This document shows positions 47,281-56,375 of a stretch of DNA of 64,000 nucleotides, piece by piece. The notes beneath the pieces were generated by a model that searched no databases, was not told where the DNA came from, and saw nothing but the letters and a program-made list of their open reading frames with translations. The DNA comes from an uncultured Pseudomonadota bacterium. Its GTDB lineage: Bacteria; Chloroflexota; UBA5177; JAJPKF01. The position numbers and the translations under genes were made by a program. Location: the NCBI GenBank assembly GCA_963799725.1, contig CAWCYJ010000003.1:9795-73794 (forward strand). Reading direction: 5' to 3'. Each line of letters begins with the position of its first letter. Position 1 is the first letter of the stretch.

Positions 47281-48585
47281 ATATCTCTTTGCGTCATCGG
47301 CGTCGATCATCGCAGCTGCCCTGTTGCAGTTCGTGAACAGATGGTCGTGGCGCCCGAATCCCTCCCGGACGTCTTAACGGATCTCACGTCGCGTTCCGGT
47401 GTGGAGGAGGCAGCTCTTCTTTCAACCTGCGCCCGCACCGAGATCTACCTCTCCGCTACAACTACGGATGAAGGCATCGAAGCCGGGATGGCCATCCTTC
47501 TTGGCCTCAATCCCGAGTCCAGGCAGTTCATCGTGGTCCGGGAGGAGCGAGAAGCAGCCCTTCACATCTTTCGAGTGGCAAGTGGAATGGAATCTCAGGT
47601 TATCGGCGAGCAGGAAATTGCCGGCCAGGTTAGAACGGCTATGCAGCAAGCCCGCCACGCCGGATCCTTAGGGCCAGAGCTTGACGCCCTATTTCGAAGT
47701 GCAATACAGTGCAGCCGCCGGCTCAAGCGGGAGACGAACCTTGGACGGGTGAATGTCTCGGTGGCTGCCGCCGCTGGCGTCATAGCCCGCTCTCAGCTCG
47801 ACATCCCAGATTCATCCATCCTGATCATCGGTGCGGGAAGGGTAGCCAATCTGCTGGCGGCCGAATTCGAAGACGCCAAGGTTCTCGTCATCGCCAACCG
47901 AACGGCTCAGGTAGCCCAGGGTATAGCGGCGGCACATGGCGGTTCGGTTCTGCCTTTGAAGCCGGCGCTCTCCTCTCTGTCACGTTTCGATGTCGTGTGC
48001 TGCGCGACTCGATCTCGTACCCCGGTGCTTACCGAGGAACAGCTCCGAGAAGCGGGTCCAACGCTGATATTCGATCTCTCGGTGCCAAGGAATGTCGAAC
48101 CGGAAGCCTCGAGCATTCCAAACATCTCGGTGTTCGATGTCGATGCGGTCCAAGCTCCATCCAGCCTCGAGGAGCGAGAGGATGCCATCGCCGAAAGCAT
48201 TGTCGAAGGCGAGGTCCACGACTACATGAGTCGACGAAGCATGCGAGAAGTGGCTCCGATCATCAGAGCTCTCAAGAACCACGTTGACCTCGTTCGCCGT
48301 GCTGAGCTGGAGAGGGTTGGACGTCGATTGGAGGGCATGGATCCCGCTCAACAGCGAATGGTTGAGGAGCTGACACAGCGCCTCATCGATCGGATGTTTC
48401 ATCATCTTGTGGTGCGTCTGAAGCTGGCAGCCCTCACGGATCCGGAGTTGGTTCGGGCGGCCGAATTTTTCTTCGCACACGGCCCCGATTCTCTCTTCCC
48501 GTCTTCCGCCGCGCTTGACCCAGAGCCGGCTCTCGGTGAGGGCGGTCTTGTGGATCCTGTCCTGCCGGCAGAGCTCGACGCTTGA
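47281..48585 (+). CDS. hemA: Glutamyl-tRNA reductase. The first ATG is at 47341, but the conserved N-terminus starts upstream.
   Basis: The in-frame upstream codons encode ISLCVIGVDHRSCPVAVREQ. They follow GGAGGAGGA (47264-47272). Further on come CARTEIY, ESQVIGEQEIAGQVR and IIGAGRVANLLA. No in-frame ATG/GTG/TTG exists between the stop at 47236 and 47341. Confidence 0.85.
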   Translation: MSLCVIGVDHRSCPVAVREQMVVAPESLPDVLTDLTSRSGVEEAALLSTCARTEIYLSATTTDEGIEAGMAILLGLNPESRQFIVVREEREAALHIFRVASGMESQVIGEQEIAGQVRTAMQQARHAGSLGPELDALFRSAIQCSRRLKRETNLGRVNVSVAAAAGVIARSQLDIPDSSILIIGAGRVANLLAAEFEDAKVLVIANRTAQVAQGIAAAHGGSVLPLKPALSSLSRFDVVCCATRSRTPVLTEEQLREAGPTLIFDLSVPRNVEPEASSIPNISVFDVDAVQAPSSLEEREDAIAESIVEGEVHDYMSRRSMREVAPIIRALKNHVDLVRRAELERVGRRLEGMDPAQQRMVEELTQRLIDRMFHHLVVRLKLAALTDPELVRAAEFFFAHGPDSLFPSSAALDPEPALGEGGLVDPVLPAELDA

Positions 48586-49661
48586 CGCAAGCCCGGAAGA
48601 GCCGCCGGTTGGTGGTCCTACAGGGCGACGAAACCGGTCAAGAGCTTCTGGACCAAGCACTACGGGTTCTCGCTCCGGAGACAATCGGTTTCGAGATTGA
48701 CTTCCAGACCTTTGATCTAAGCCTCCAGTCTCGTCGCGCCACGGCGAACCAGGTGATCTACGAGGCTGCCGCCGCCATGCGAGAGGCCGGTCACGGCCTC
48801 AAGGCGGCGACCATCACGCCTGTCGGTAAGGACGATGTCGGCTCTCCTAACGCGATCCTCCGCGACCAGATCGATGGAACGGTCATCGTGAGAACGGGCA
48901 GAAGGATTCCCGGAGTGCCTCCTCTGGCTGGGCTTCACGCTCCCATCAGCGTCGTCAGAATGGCGGTGAATGACGCCTATGGGGCCAAGGAGTGGCGAGA
49001 AGGTCAGGGAATCGACGAGGTCGCCTACCGGACAGAGCACATCAACCGGAAGGACTGCCGCTTTGTGGCGGAGTACTCGTTTCAGCTCGCTCGGAGAGGG
49101 GGCGCGATGGTGTTTGGAGGTCCCAAGTTCACCGTCAGCCGCATCTACGAAGGGATGCTGAAGGAGGAGATGGATGCCGCACACGAGCGGCATCCCGACA
49201 TCCCATATCGTCCCGAGCTAATCGATGCCACATTCGCTCTGATTCTCACGGCGGGAGGCCACCCTCTGGTCATCCCAACCTTGAATCGCGACGGCGATCT
49301 CCTCAGTGATCTGGTCATGCAACTGTTTGGTTCGATCGCTGGAGCGGAGTCCCTCCTGCTCAGCTTTGACGATGACCTCAGGGCGAAGGTCGTCATGGCC
49401 GAGGCACCTCACGGAACCGCACCCTCCCTCTATGGGAAGGATGTCGCCAATCCCATGGCCATGATTCTGGCTGCAGCCTCAGTGCTCTCCTACTTCGAGG
49501 ATGATCCCGAGGCCAGTCAGGCCAGTGAAGCCATTCGCGAGGCGACGATGGACGCGGTGGAGGACGGAATCAGAACACCGGACATCGGTGGGGGCGCCGG
49601 AACGGCAGAGTTCACCAGTGCGGTAATCGAGATGACGCAGGAGAGGCTGCGAAACGCTTAG
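48582..49661 (+). CDS. Isocitrate/isopropylmalate/homoisocitrate dehydrogenase family protein
   Basis: The ORF is an intact 359 aa reading VVLQGDETGQELL...NRDGDLLSDLVMQLFGSIAGAES...APHGTAPSLYGKDVANPMAMILAA. It overlaps the hemA stop, and the true start may be the TTG/GTG near 48606. Confidence 0.75.
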   Translation: MTQARKSRRLVVLQGDETGQELLDQALRVLAPETIGFEIDFQTFDLSLQSRRATANQVIYEAAAAMREAGHGLKAATITPVGKDDVGSPNAILRDQIDGTVIVRTGRRIPGVPPLAGLHAPISVVRMAVNDAYGAKEWREGQGIDEVAYRTEHINRKDCRFVAEYSFQLARRGGAMVFGGPKFTVSRIYEGMLKEEMDAAHERHPDIPYRPELIDATFALILTAGGHPLVIPTLNRDGDLLSDLVMQLFGSIAGAESLLLSFDDDLRAKVVMAEAPHGTAPSLYGKDVANPMAMILAAASVLSYFEDDPEASQASEAIREATMDAVEDGIRTPDIGGGAGTAEFTSAVIEMTQERLRNA

Positions 49662-49671
49662 TTCGCAGCGC

Positions 49672-50577
49672 TCACTTCAGGTGAAAGCGAGTCTGTCTAA
49701 CGGTGCCGGTGCACCCTGACTTTGGGCAACCCGGGCCGGTAAGCATCGCCCGCCCGGCGAGAGAGTACCATCCCTTTTTGAGGTGCTTGACGAGCGGAGC
49801 GAACTTGAGTCGGTAGGTACCTGCCTTGAGTTTGGCCGGATCCTTGGCCCGCTCCTTGGCAACTTGCTTATGCTTCTGCGGCAGTAGGCTGACGTCCTGC
49901 TGATAGCCACCGAAGACCGTCCAGCGCAAATGCAGCCGGTACTTGCCGATGTGCTGAAGCTTTCCCATCGACCAGGCGGCTAGCAGGGCCACATCGGCGT
50001 GCTTCTTGAAGTACCACTGCGGCTTTCCATTCGCCTTGAGGCTCGTCCAAACGCAGACCACATCGGCACGCTTGGCAACCGGTTTCTTCTTCTTGGCCGA
50101 GCTGGTTCCACTCCGGGTCACCGCTTTGCCGCTCGTCCCTGTCGAGCTGGCCGTCGGGGACGCCGTGGTTGTCAGCGTAACGGTCGGAATGACAGTGACT
50201 GTCTCCGTTACCGTAGGCGTCAAGGTGATCGTCGCCGTTAGGGTAGCGGTTACCGTGGGCACGAATGTCAGCGTGGGTGTGGGCGTAACCTGTGTTTTTG
50301 TGGGCGTTGGCGTGGGCTTCGTCTTTGTGGGTGTCGGTGTCGGCTTCGTCTTTGTGGGCGTCGGTGTTGGCTTGGTTTTTGTGGGAGTTGAAGTGGGCTT
50401 GACGGGAGTTGAGCGACCGACCACAACAGCACCGCATCGACCCGGATTTCGGACCGGTTTGTGCTTGGAGTGGCTCACGGCGCCATGGCTGGGTACGGCA
50501 AAGGCCACAACCATCGACAGCAGGAGAGTGACTGCCGCTGCGACACCGAGACGCTTCGCTCTAACCGGTAGAGCCAC
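49672..50577 (-). CDS. Secreted protein with a Pro/Thr-rich tandem-repeat linker
   Basis: The ORF is an intact 301 aa. A signal peptide is followed by TKTKPTPTP repeats and T/V-rich segments, then a basic C-terminal domain. Confidence 0.6.
   Translation of the reverse strand: MALPVRAKRLGVAAAVTLLLSMVVAFAVPSHGAVSHSKHKPVRNPGRCGAVVVGRSTPVKPTSTPTKTKPTPTPTKTKPTPTPTKTKPTPTPTKTQVTPTPTLTFVPTVTATLTATITLTPTVTETVTVIPTVTLTTTASPTASSTGTSGKAVTRSGTSSAKKKKPVAKRADVVCVWTSLKANGKPQWYFKKHADVALLAAWSMGKLQHIGKYRLHLRWTVFGGYQQDVSLLPQKHKQVAKERAKDPAKLKAGTYRLKFAPLVKHLKKGWYSLAGRAMLTGPGCPKSGCTGTVRQTRFHLK
50288..50395. repeat. Four 27-bp coding tandem repeats (TKTKPTPTP linker)
   Basis: The units are ggcttcgtctttgtgggtgtcggtgtc, ggcttcgtctttgtgggcgtcggtgtt and ggcttggtttttgtgggagttgaagtg, plus a more diverged first unit. 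Confidence 0.8.
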
Positions 50578-50597
50578 CAGTGTGCTTACCGCCTATC

Positions 50598-52310
50598 TCA
50601 GCAGTTTGGTGGGTTCGTACAGGCCAGAACCGGCGAGCTGCTGGTACCCGTGCTGGAGCTGCTCGGCGCCTGAGACGTCGAGGGAGAGGTCGCGGGTTGC
50701 TGGGTCGTGGTTGCCGGCTGCTGCGTCGTCGTTGCCGGCTGTTGGGGGACGGTCGCCGGTTGCTGGCTAGTGGTCGCAGGCTGCGTGGTTGCCGGCTGTT
50801 GATAGCCGGTGCTATTCGGCACCTGCGTCGGCGTGGTGTTCAAGGTCGATCCGGTGCTGCTGCTGGTTGCAACCGTACTTGTCGGAGTGGCAAGCGGGTT
50901 CGTCGTCGTGGTGGCAGCAGCTGGAACGGCAACATGCTGCCAAGCCGTCCATGACTGAATATGCATCGGGGTAACAGCACCAAGCCGCCAAGCGTAAGTC
51001 TTTCCCGGAGTCAGTGCCTGATGAACACAACGACCAACGGGCTTCAGGGCAATGGTTGCGGTCTTTGGGATCGTGCGGCGAAGGTGAAGCGTTCCGCCAC
51101 TGATGTAAAGGTGGAAGCTCACGGCAGTCCGGTTAGCGGTCCAGCAGAAGGAAGCTGTACTCGCCTCTGTTGCCGGAAGAGTCGCACCCGGCCGAATAAT
51201 CGCCGGCTTGGGCATTGGAGGCTCAAGCGCGGCCACTAGCTGCGCCGGCTTTGAAGCTTTCTTGGTCTTGCCATAGATCGCTTCAACCGTCCACGTGTAC
51301 CGAGTCCCCGGAACGAGGGCATCCGTCACCTGTAGATTCGGGGCCGACGAGTGGTATGAGTGCCCGCCAATAGAAACGAGGTATGAGCTGACTCCAGGGA
51401 CTGCGTTCCACTGAAGCTGAGCGGAGGCTTTCCCGTTTGTGGAGGCGGCATTGGTTACGACTGAGAGCCCAGTTGGGCTCTGATAAGCGCTTGCCGAACC
51501 CGAGGGCTGCATGCGGTTCATTAACCCAGGCCCCAAGGCGACGCCTGCGATGATGATCAGGCCAGCGACAACGGCGAGTGCGCCCAGCCGGGAGCTCCTC
51601 GCTGCCAGAAAGCCCGAGCGCTTTCCTGTCTTTTTCGGCTCGGCCGCCGCCCGTGCCTGCGGCTTACCGGATAGTCGCTCTGCCAACAGAGCGGATGAAG
51701 TGCGACCGCTTCGGCTAGCTGCCAATGTGACGAGCCAGGCCGCGGCATCGGCATTGGAAAAACTGGCTTGGACCGTCTGTCGAAGCTCTTTGTCTGAGAC
51801 GTGGCGTGCCACCTCGCCGCCCATAAGGACAATCGTTTGGTTCGCCGCAATTCGGGCAGTGGAGACCCGAACGTCGTCATCGCCGGAGGGTGGGCCGGCT
51901 TCGGCCACCATGTTTGTCAAGACCCCATCGGTCGAAAGGTAGGCGGAGGCGCCACCAATGGCTCCGGCAATCACTTCGTTCTTCATGTACACGGCCAGCG
52001 ACACGGAGAGCTCACCCTCTGAGGTCGTTGACCTGACCTGTCCAAGGACTCGCGCGACGTACGCAGCTTCCTCGCCTGGGATGATGGAATCGGCGTCGCC
52101 ACCACGTGCAAAAGCACGCTCGATGGTGTCGTGCGCGGGCTGGATGATCGAGTCGTCTGCGTCGATAATGGCCAAAAGACCATCGACGCGGACAGAGACC
52201 GAATCCCCCGATAATTCGATTACCCGAGCCTCTGATGAGGCGGGACCACCCGGACTTGCCGATTGGCTCGCGACGTCGAACCGAGACCCTTTACCCATCG
52301 TCCAAAGCAT
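50598..52310 (-). CDS. Membrane protein with a cytoplasmic degenerate PP2C-like domain, a TM helix, Fn3-like extracellular domains and a QQPATT repeat tail
   Basis: The ORF is an intact 570 aa. AIGGASAYLSTDGVL and TIVLMGGEVARHVSDKEL align by eye to PP2C VGDSRAYL and LLLCSDGL, but with the Asp residues replaced. The TM reads LGALAVVAGLIIIAGVALG. The tail carries QQPATT repeats. Confidence 0.5.
   Translation of the reverse strand: MLWTMGKGSRFDVASQSASPGGPASSEARVIELSGDSVSVRVDGLLAIIDADDSIIQPAHDTIERAFARGGDADSIIPGEEAAYVARVLGQVRSTTSEGELSVSLAVYMKNEVIAGAIGGASAYLSTDGVLTNMVAEAGPPSGDDDVRVSTARIAANQTIVLMGGEVARHVSDKELRQTVQASFSNADAAAWLVTLAASRSGRTSSALLAERLSGKPQARAAAEPKKTGKRSGFLAARSSRLGALAVVAGLIIIAGVALGPGLMNRMQPSGSASAYQSPTGLSVVTNAASTNGKASAQLQWNAVPGVSSYLVSIGGHSYHSSAPNLQVTDALVPGTRYTWTVEAIYGKTKKASKPAQLVAALEPPMPKPAIIRPGATLPATEASTASFCWTANRTAVSFHLYISGGTLHLRRTIPKTATIALKPVGRCVHQALTPGKTYAWRLGAVTPMHIQSWTAWQHVAVPAAATTTTNPLATPTSTVATSSSTGSTLNTTPTQVPNSTGYQQPATTQPATTSQQPATVPQQPATTTQQPATTTQQPATSPSTSQAPSSSSTGTSSSPVLACTNPPNC
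50690..50812. repeat. Coding tandem repeats (about 18-21 nt units, QQPATT)
   Basis: There are repeated units ggttgccggctgctgcgtcgtc, gttgccggctgttggggg and ggttgccggctgttgatagcc. Confidence 0.7.
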
Positions 52311-52490
52311 AACACGAGAGCCCTAATTTTTGGCTGATTACTACAATGGAGCATTCCGGGATCGGACTCCAACTTAAGGCGACTTTGAACCCATTCCAGA
52401 GCATCAATTCAGACCACCGGCGGATAGATTGCCCCTCTGAATTCCCTCTTTGCCAGGCATCTCGGCTGCCCGACCGCTCCCTATCTCTTC

Positions 52491-53267
52491 ATGACTTCAA
52501 ACGCTGAAGAGTCGCGGGATGTGGAGCCCGCAAGGAGCGGGGCAAACATGCTGCAGCCGGGCGGTACGTCTTGGCATCCCGACCGCAGCGATATCTGCGA
52601 CTTGCTCCTGAGGTCTCGCCACGTGGAGACCCGGAATATCTACTACGGTAGCAATGCCTGTTTTCTCCTGGTCCTTGAAGACGAATCGGCGGGTCGAAGC
52701 CTCGCCGTGTACAAACCTGCTCGCGGAGAGTACCCGCTTTGGGACTTCCCCCAGGGGACCCTCTACCGGCGTGAAGTGGCGACCTTTCGGCTGGATGACT
52801 TACTGGGGTGGAAGCTCATTCCTCCCACCGTCGTGGGTCGAGGCAAGTTCGGGCCGGGGTCCATTCAGATCTTCATCGAAGAAGCGCAGGGAGCGGCCGA
52901 TATCCAGGTGCTGGCCCTTCGGAGGATGGCACTTCTGGACTGGATTGTAAACAACGCTGACCGCAAGCCCGATCACGTCCTGGTGACGGAAACCGGTCAT
53001 CTATGGGGAATCGACCACGGGCTCACTTTTCACGTCCAGCCAAAGCTCCGCACGATCCTTTGGCATTTCGCCGGCGAGCCGCTTGAGGCTGAGGAGATCG
53101 CCGACCTTGAACGCTTGAAGGGGCTCTTGCGCGAGCCGGAGGGTAATACCGTTCACGAGCTCCTCGATCCTTTGGAATCTCAAGCTCTGTTGCGCCGCCT
53201 CGATGCTCTGACCTTGGGAGGACGGTTTCCCGATCCTCTCCACAAGGCAGTTCCCTACCGCTGGTAG
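52491..53267 (+). CDS. SCO1664-family protein (PI3/4-kinase-like fold, TIGR03843)
   Basis: The ORF is an intact 258 aa reading AVYKPARGEYPLWDFPQGTLYRREVATFRLDDLLGW...RRMALLDWIVNNADRKPDHVL...GIDHGLTFH...KLRTILWHFAGEPL. Confidence 0.8.
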   Translation: MTSNAEESRDVEPARSGANMLQPGGTSWHPDRSDICDLLLRSRHVETRNIYYGSNACFLLVLEDESAGRSLAVYKPARGEYPLWDFPQGTLYRREVATFRLDDLLGWKLIPPTVVGRGKFGPGSIQIFIEEAQGAADIQVLALRRMALLDWIVNNADRKPDHVLVTETGHLWGIDHGLTFHVQPKLRTILWHFAGEPLEAEEIADLERLKGLLREPEGNTVHELLDPLESQALLRRLDALTLGGRFPDPLHKAVPYRW

Positions 53268-53430
53268 TAAATCCATGGCGCGGGACATGCATTTAGGCCT
53301 CACGTCTCGGAACATGGCGCCCCGCGTGATCTATATATGAACGGGGCGGTTCATCTGCACTCAAGTGCCTCTGGCCCAAACCACTGTTCCGAAGCACAGC
53401 AGTATCGCAAGGAGCCTATGGGAGGGAAGA

Positions 53431-53610
53431 ATGGCAACTGCATCCATCGAAACCAAGTGTCCCGAGTGTGATGCGGCGCTCACATTGATGTCGCCGGAGA
53501 AGGGGGAGATCGTCGAGTGTTCTGATTGCGGGGCAGAGCTGGAAGTGCTGTCCACAGAGCCCATTCGACTGGAGCTTGCCCCTGAAGCCGAAGAAGATTG
53601 GGGCGAATAA
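53431..53610 (+). CDS. lysW: Alpha-aminoadipate/glutamate carrier protein LysW
   Basis: ggagggaaga precedes ATG. The product reads [19 protein letters not shown]...[13 protein letters not shown]...[10 protein letters not shown] (zinc ribbon plus EDWGE C-terminus) and is 59 aa. Confidence 0.9.
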   Translation: MATASIETKCPECDAALTLMSPEKGEIVECSDCGAELEVLSTEPIRLELAPEAEEDWGE

Positions 53611-54450
53611 GCGTAGGGATCTTGCTCTCGCAGGTTCGACTAGAAGAGAAGCTGATTTTCGCCGCCGCCGAACGTGAGGGGCTGGATCTCGTCCGCATCC
53701 ACGACAAGGAGCTGATCCTCCGACTCGATCGCCCGTCCTTTGCCGAGGTTCCGGTCGTGCTCGACCGCAGCTTGGTGCACTCTCGCGCTGAGTACACCTT
53801 ACGCTTTCTGAGCTCGGTGGGAATTCGTGCGATCAACAGCTATCACGCGACGGCCATATGCGACAACAAGTTCCACACATCGATTGCCCTGGAGGAGCAC
53901 AACGTGCCGACGCTCCGGACGGCGATCGCCTTCACTCCTGACTCGGCATTGAAGGCAATTGAGCAGTTTGGATACCCCGTTGTTCTCAAACCGACTGCCG
54001 GGTCCTGGGGAAGGCTGCTGGCCAAGATCAACGATCGGGACGCTGCCGAGGCCCTGCTGGAGCACAAGGAGGTTCTCGGTTCCTACCACCATTCGATCTT
54101 CTATGTGCAGGAGTACGTCAGAAAACCGGGGCGGGATATCCGCGTCTTCGTCGTGGGTCAGGAGGTTGTCTGCGGCTTCCTACCGTCAGAGCGAGCACTG
54201 GATCACGAACGTCGCGCGAGGAGCCGGCACGTCGGTCTGTACACCCACGGATGAAATTACGTCCATCGCCCTAGCCGCGGCTGCGGCGGTAGGCGGAGAA
54301 ATCCTTGGCGTCGATCTCGTCGAGACCGACGAAGGCCTCAAGGTCATCGAGATCAACGTCGGCGCCGAGTTCAAGGGCCTTGTCGATGCCACAGGGGCGG
54401 ACGTGCCAGGCGCCATCGTCCGCTACGTCAAAGCTCAGGCGGCAGCGTAA
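53598..54450 (+). pseudogene. lysX: LysX-type ATP-grasp ligase (RimK family), copy 1, 1 frameshift near 54180
   Basis: The sequence reads [15 protein letters not shown]...[21 protein letters not shown]...[24 protein letters not shown]. After a frame change it continues [16 protein letters not shown]...GGEILGVDLVETDEGLKVIEINVGAEF. Confidence 0.85.
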
Positions 54451-54473
54451 GCTGCTCAAGGCAGGTAAGCCGA

Positions 54474-54713
54474 ATGGATGAGAACAGTGGGGGTGGCGGC
54501 AGGTCGAACGATAGGCCGGGATGGGGCGACAGAGGATGTGGCTTTCTCGGTTGTCTTGGAACCTTCGTTGTTCTGGCCGTCATATTTGCCGGGTTCGGGG
54601 CCGCCGGTCAGATATGGGCGAGCGTCATCGGAATAGCGATCTCGATCGTCGTCGGCTTCGCCATCGCTGAGATGATGCGGCGAAGGCGCTTGCGACGTCT
54701 CCAGAAAAGTTAG
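54474..54713 (+). CDS. Small 2-TM membrane protein with a Gly-rich N-terminus and an Arg-rich C-terminus
   Basis: The ORF is an intact 79 aa reading GFLGCLGTFVVLAVIFAGFGAAGQIWASVIGIAISIVVGFAIAEMMRRRRLRRLQKS. Confidence 0.5.
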   Translation: MDENSGGGGRSNDRPGWGDRGCGFLGCLGTFVVLAVIFAGFGAAGQIWASVIGIAISIVVGFAIAEMMRRRRLRRLQKS

Positions 54714-54748
54714 GATTCAAACTGACCCGATACCGAAAATCGACAGAT

Positions 54749-54778
54749 TTGACATGGGTGTACCGGGCGGCTTATATT
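54749..54778 (+). promoter_or_regulatory. Sigma-70-type promoter of the T-box leader
   Basis: TTGACA (54749-54754) is followed by an 18-nt spacer and TATATT (54773-54778). Confidence 0.65.
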
Positions 54779-54784
54779 TGCTCC

Positions 54785-55075
54785 AAAGGGAATATTGACT
54801 TCGACGGGAACAGTACACGTTCCCCGGCAGTCTTCGAGAGAGCCGCGTAAGCTGAAAAGCGGCGACTGCAGGAGCGTGGAACAAGGTCCTCGAGTCGCTC
54901 CCCGAACCCCATACGGGTAGTAGGCGGCGCCGGAAATCAGCTTCCGTTATCTCACAGCTGCGGTATACGATCCTCGTTGAGCTCGCGTACCGATCGAGGC
55001 TTCTCTCTAATCGAGGAGCGAATTTGGGTGGTACCACGGTAACCCGCCGTCCCATTGGGACCGGTGGGTTTTTAA
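54785..55075 (+). promoter_or_regulatory. T-box riboswitch leader, proposed Lys (AAG) specifier, controlling hcs and downstream lysine genes
   Basis: The AG bulge AGAGAG lies at 54837-54842. The distal hairpin is CCGC-GUAAGCUGAAAA-GCGG. The S-turn has AGUA opposite GAAC, followed by AAG (54883-54885) then G. The F-box CCGTTA lies at 54944-54949. The T-box reads AATTTGGGTGGTACCACGG (55021-55039). The antiterminator is GGG-[UGGUACC]-ACGG-[UAACCCG]-CCGU-CCC, and it competes with the terminator. Confidence 0.85.
55041..55075 (+). terminator. T-box terminator helix
   Basis: aacccgccgtccc / att / gggaccggtgggtt forms 13 bp with one bulged C, followed by tttttaattt. Confidence 0.8.
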
Positions 55076-55125
55076 TTTGCCGGCCCGTTGGGTACCATCC
55101 ATCGCCTTATTGAGGAGCCGAGACG

Positions 55126-56258
<1,133 letters not shown>

Positions 56259-56375
56259 TCGAATTCAAGCTCTGATCGCAGACTCTCCGTTGTACACGTC
56301 GAACTCTCAATCTCACGGCCTCAAAACGTTGACTTCAACCTTCTATTCGAACCCCGAACTTCATAAGGAACTCCC

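Noticed and set aside
50006-50770. 254-aa plus-strand ORF, and other long antisense ORFs throughout the window (for example 8867-9406, 30798-31562, 47980-48684, 58929-59891).
   Set aside because: They lie antisense to genes with clear family assignments or repeat structure. This is the typical high-GC shadow ORF pattern.
50288-50812. Possible CRISPR-like repeat arrays (also 10430-10700).
   Set aside because: The repeats are directly adjacent, in frame and coding (TKTKPTPTP, QQPATT, acidic motif). They have no spacers and no cas genes.
54717-55055. 112-aa minus-strand ORF in the ORF track.
   Set aside because: It lies antisense to a region containing a complete T-box leader (promoter, F-box, T-box, terminator). 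It has no RBS or recognisable family and is most likely spurious.
54785-55075. L-box (lysine) riboswitch as the regulator of the lysine cluster.
   Set aside because: The decisive motifs are T-box ones (GGGUGGUACCACG, CCGUUA, AGAGAG bulge, UGGN bulge). I saw no L-box core.
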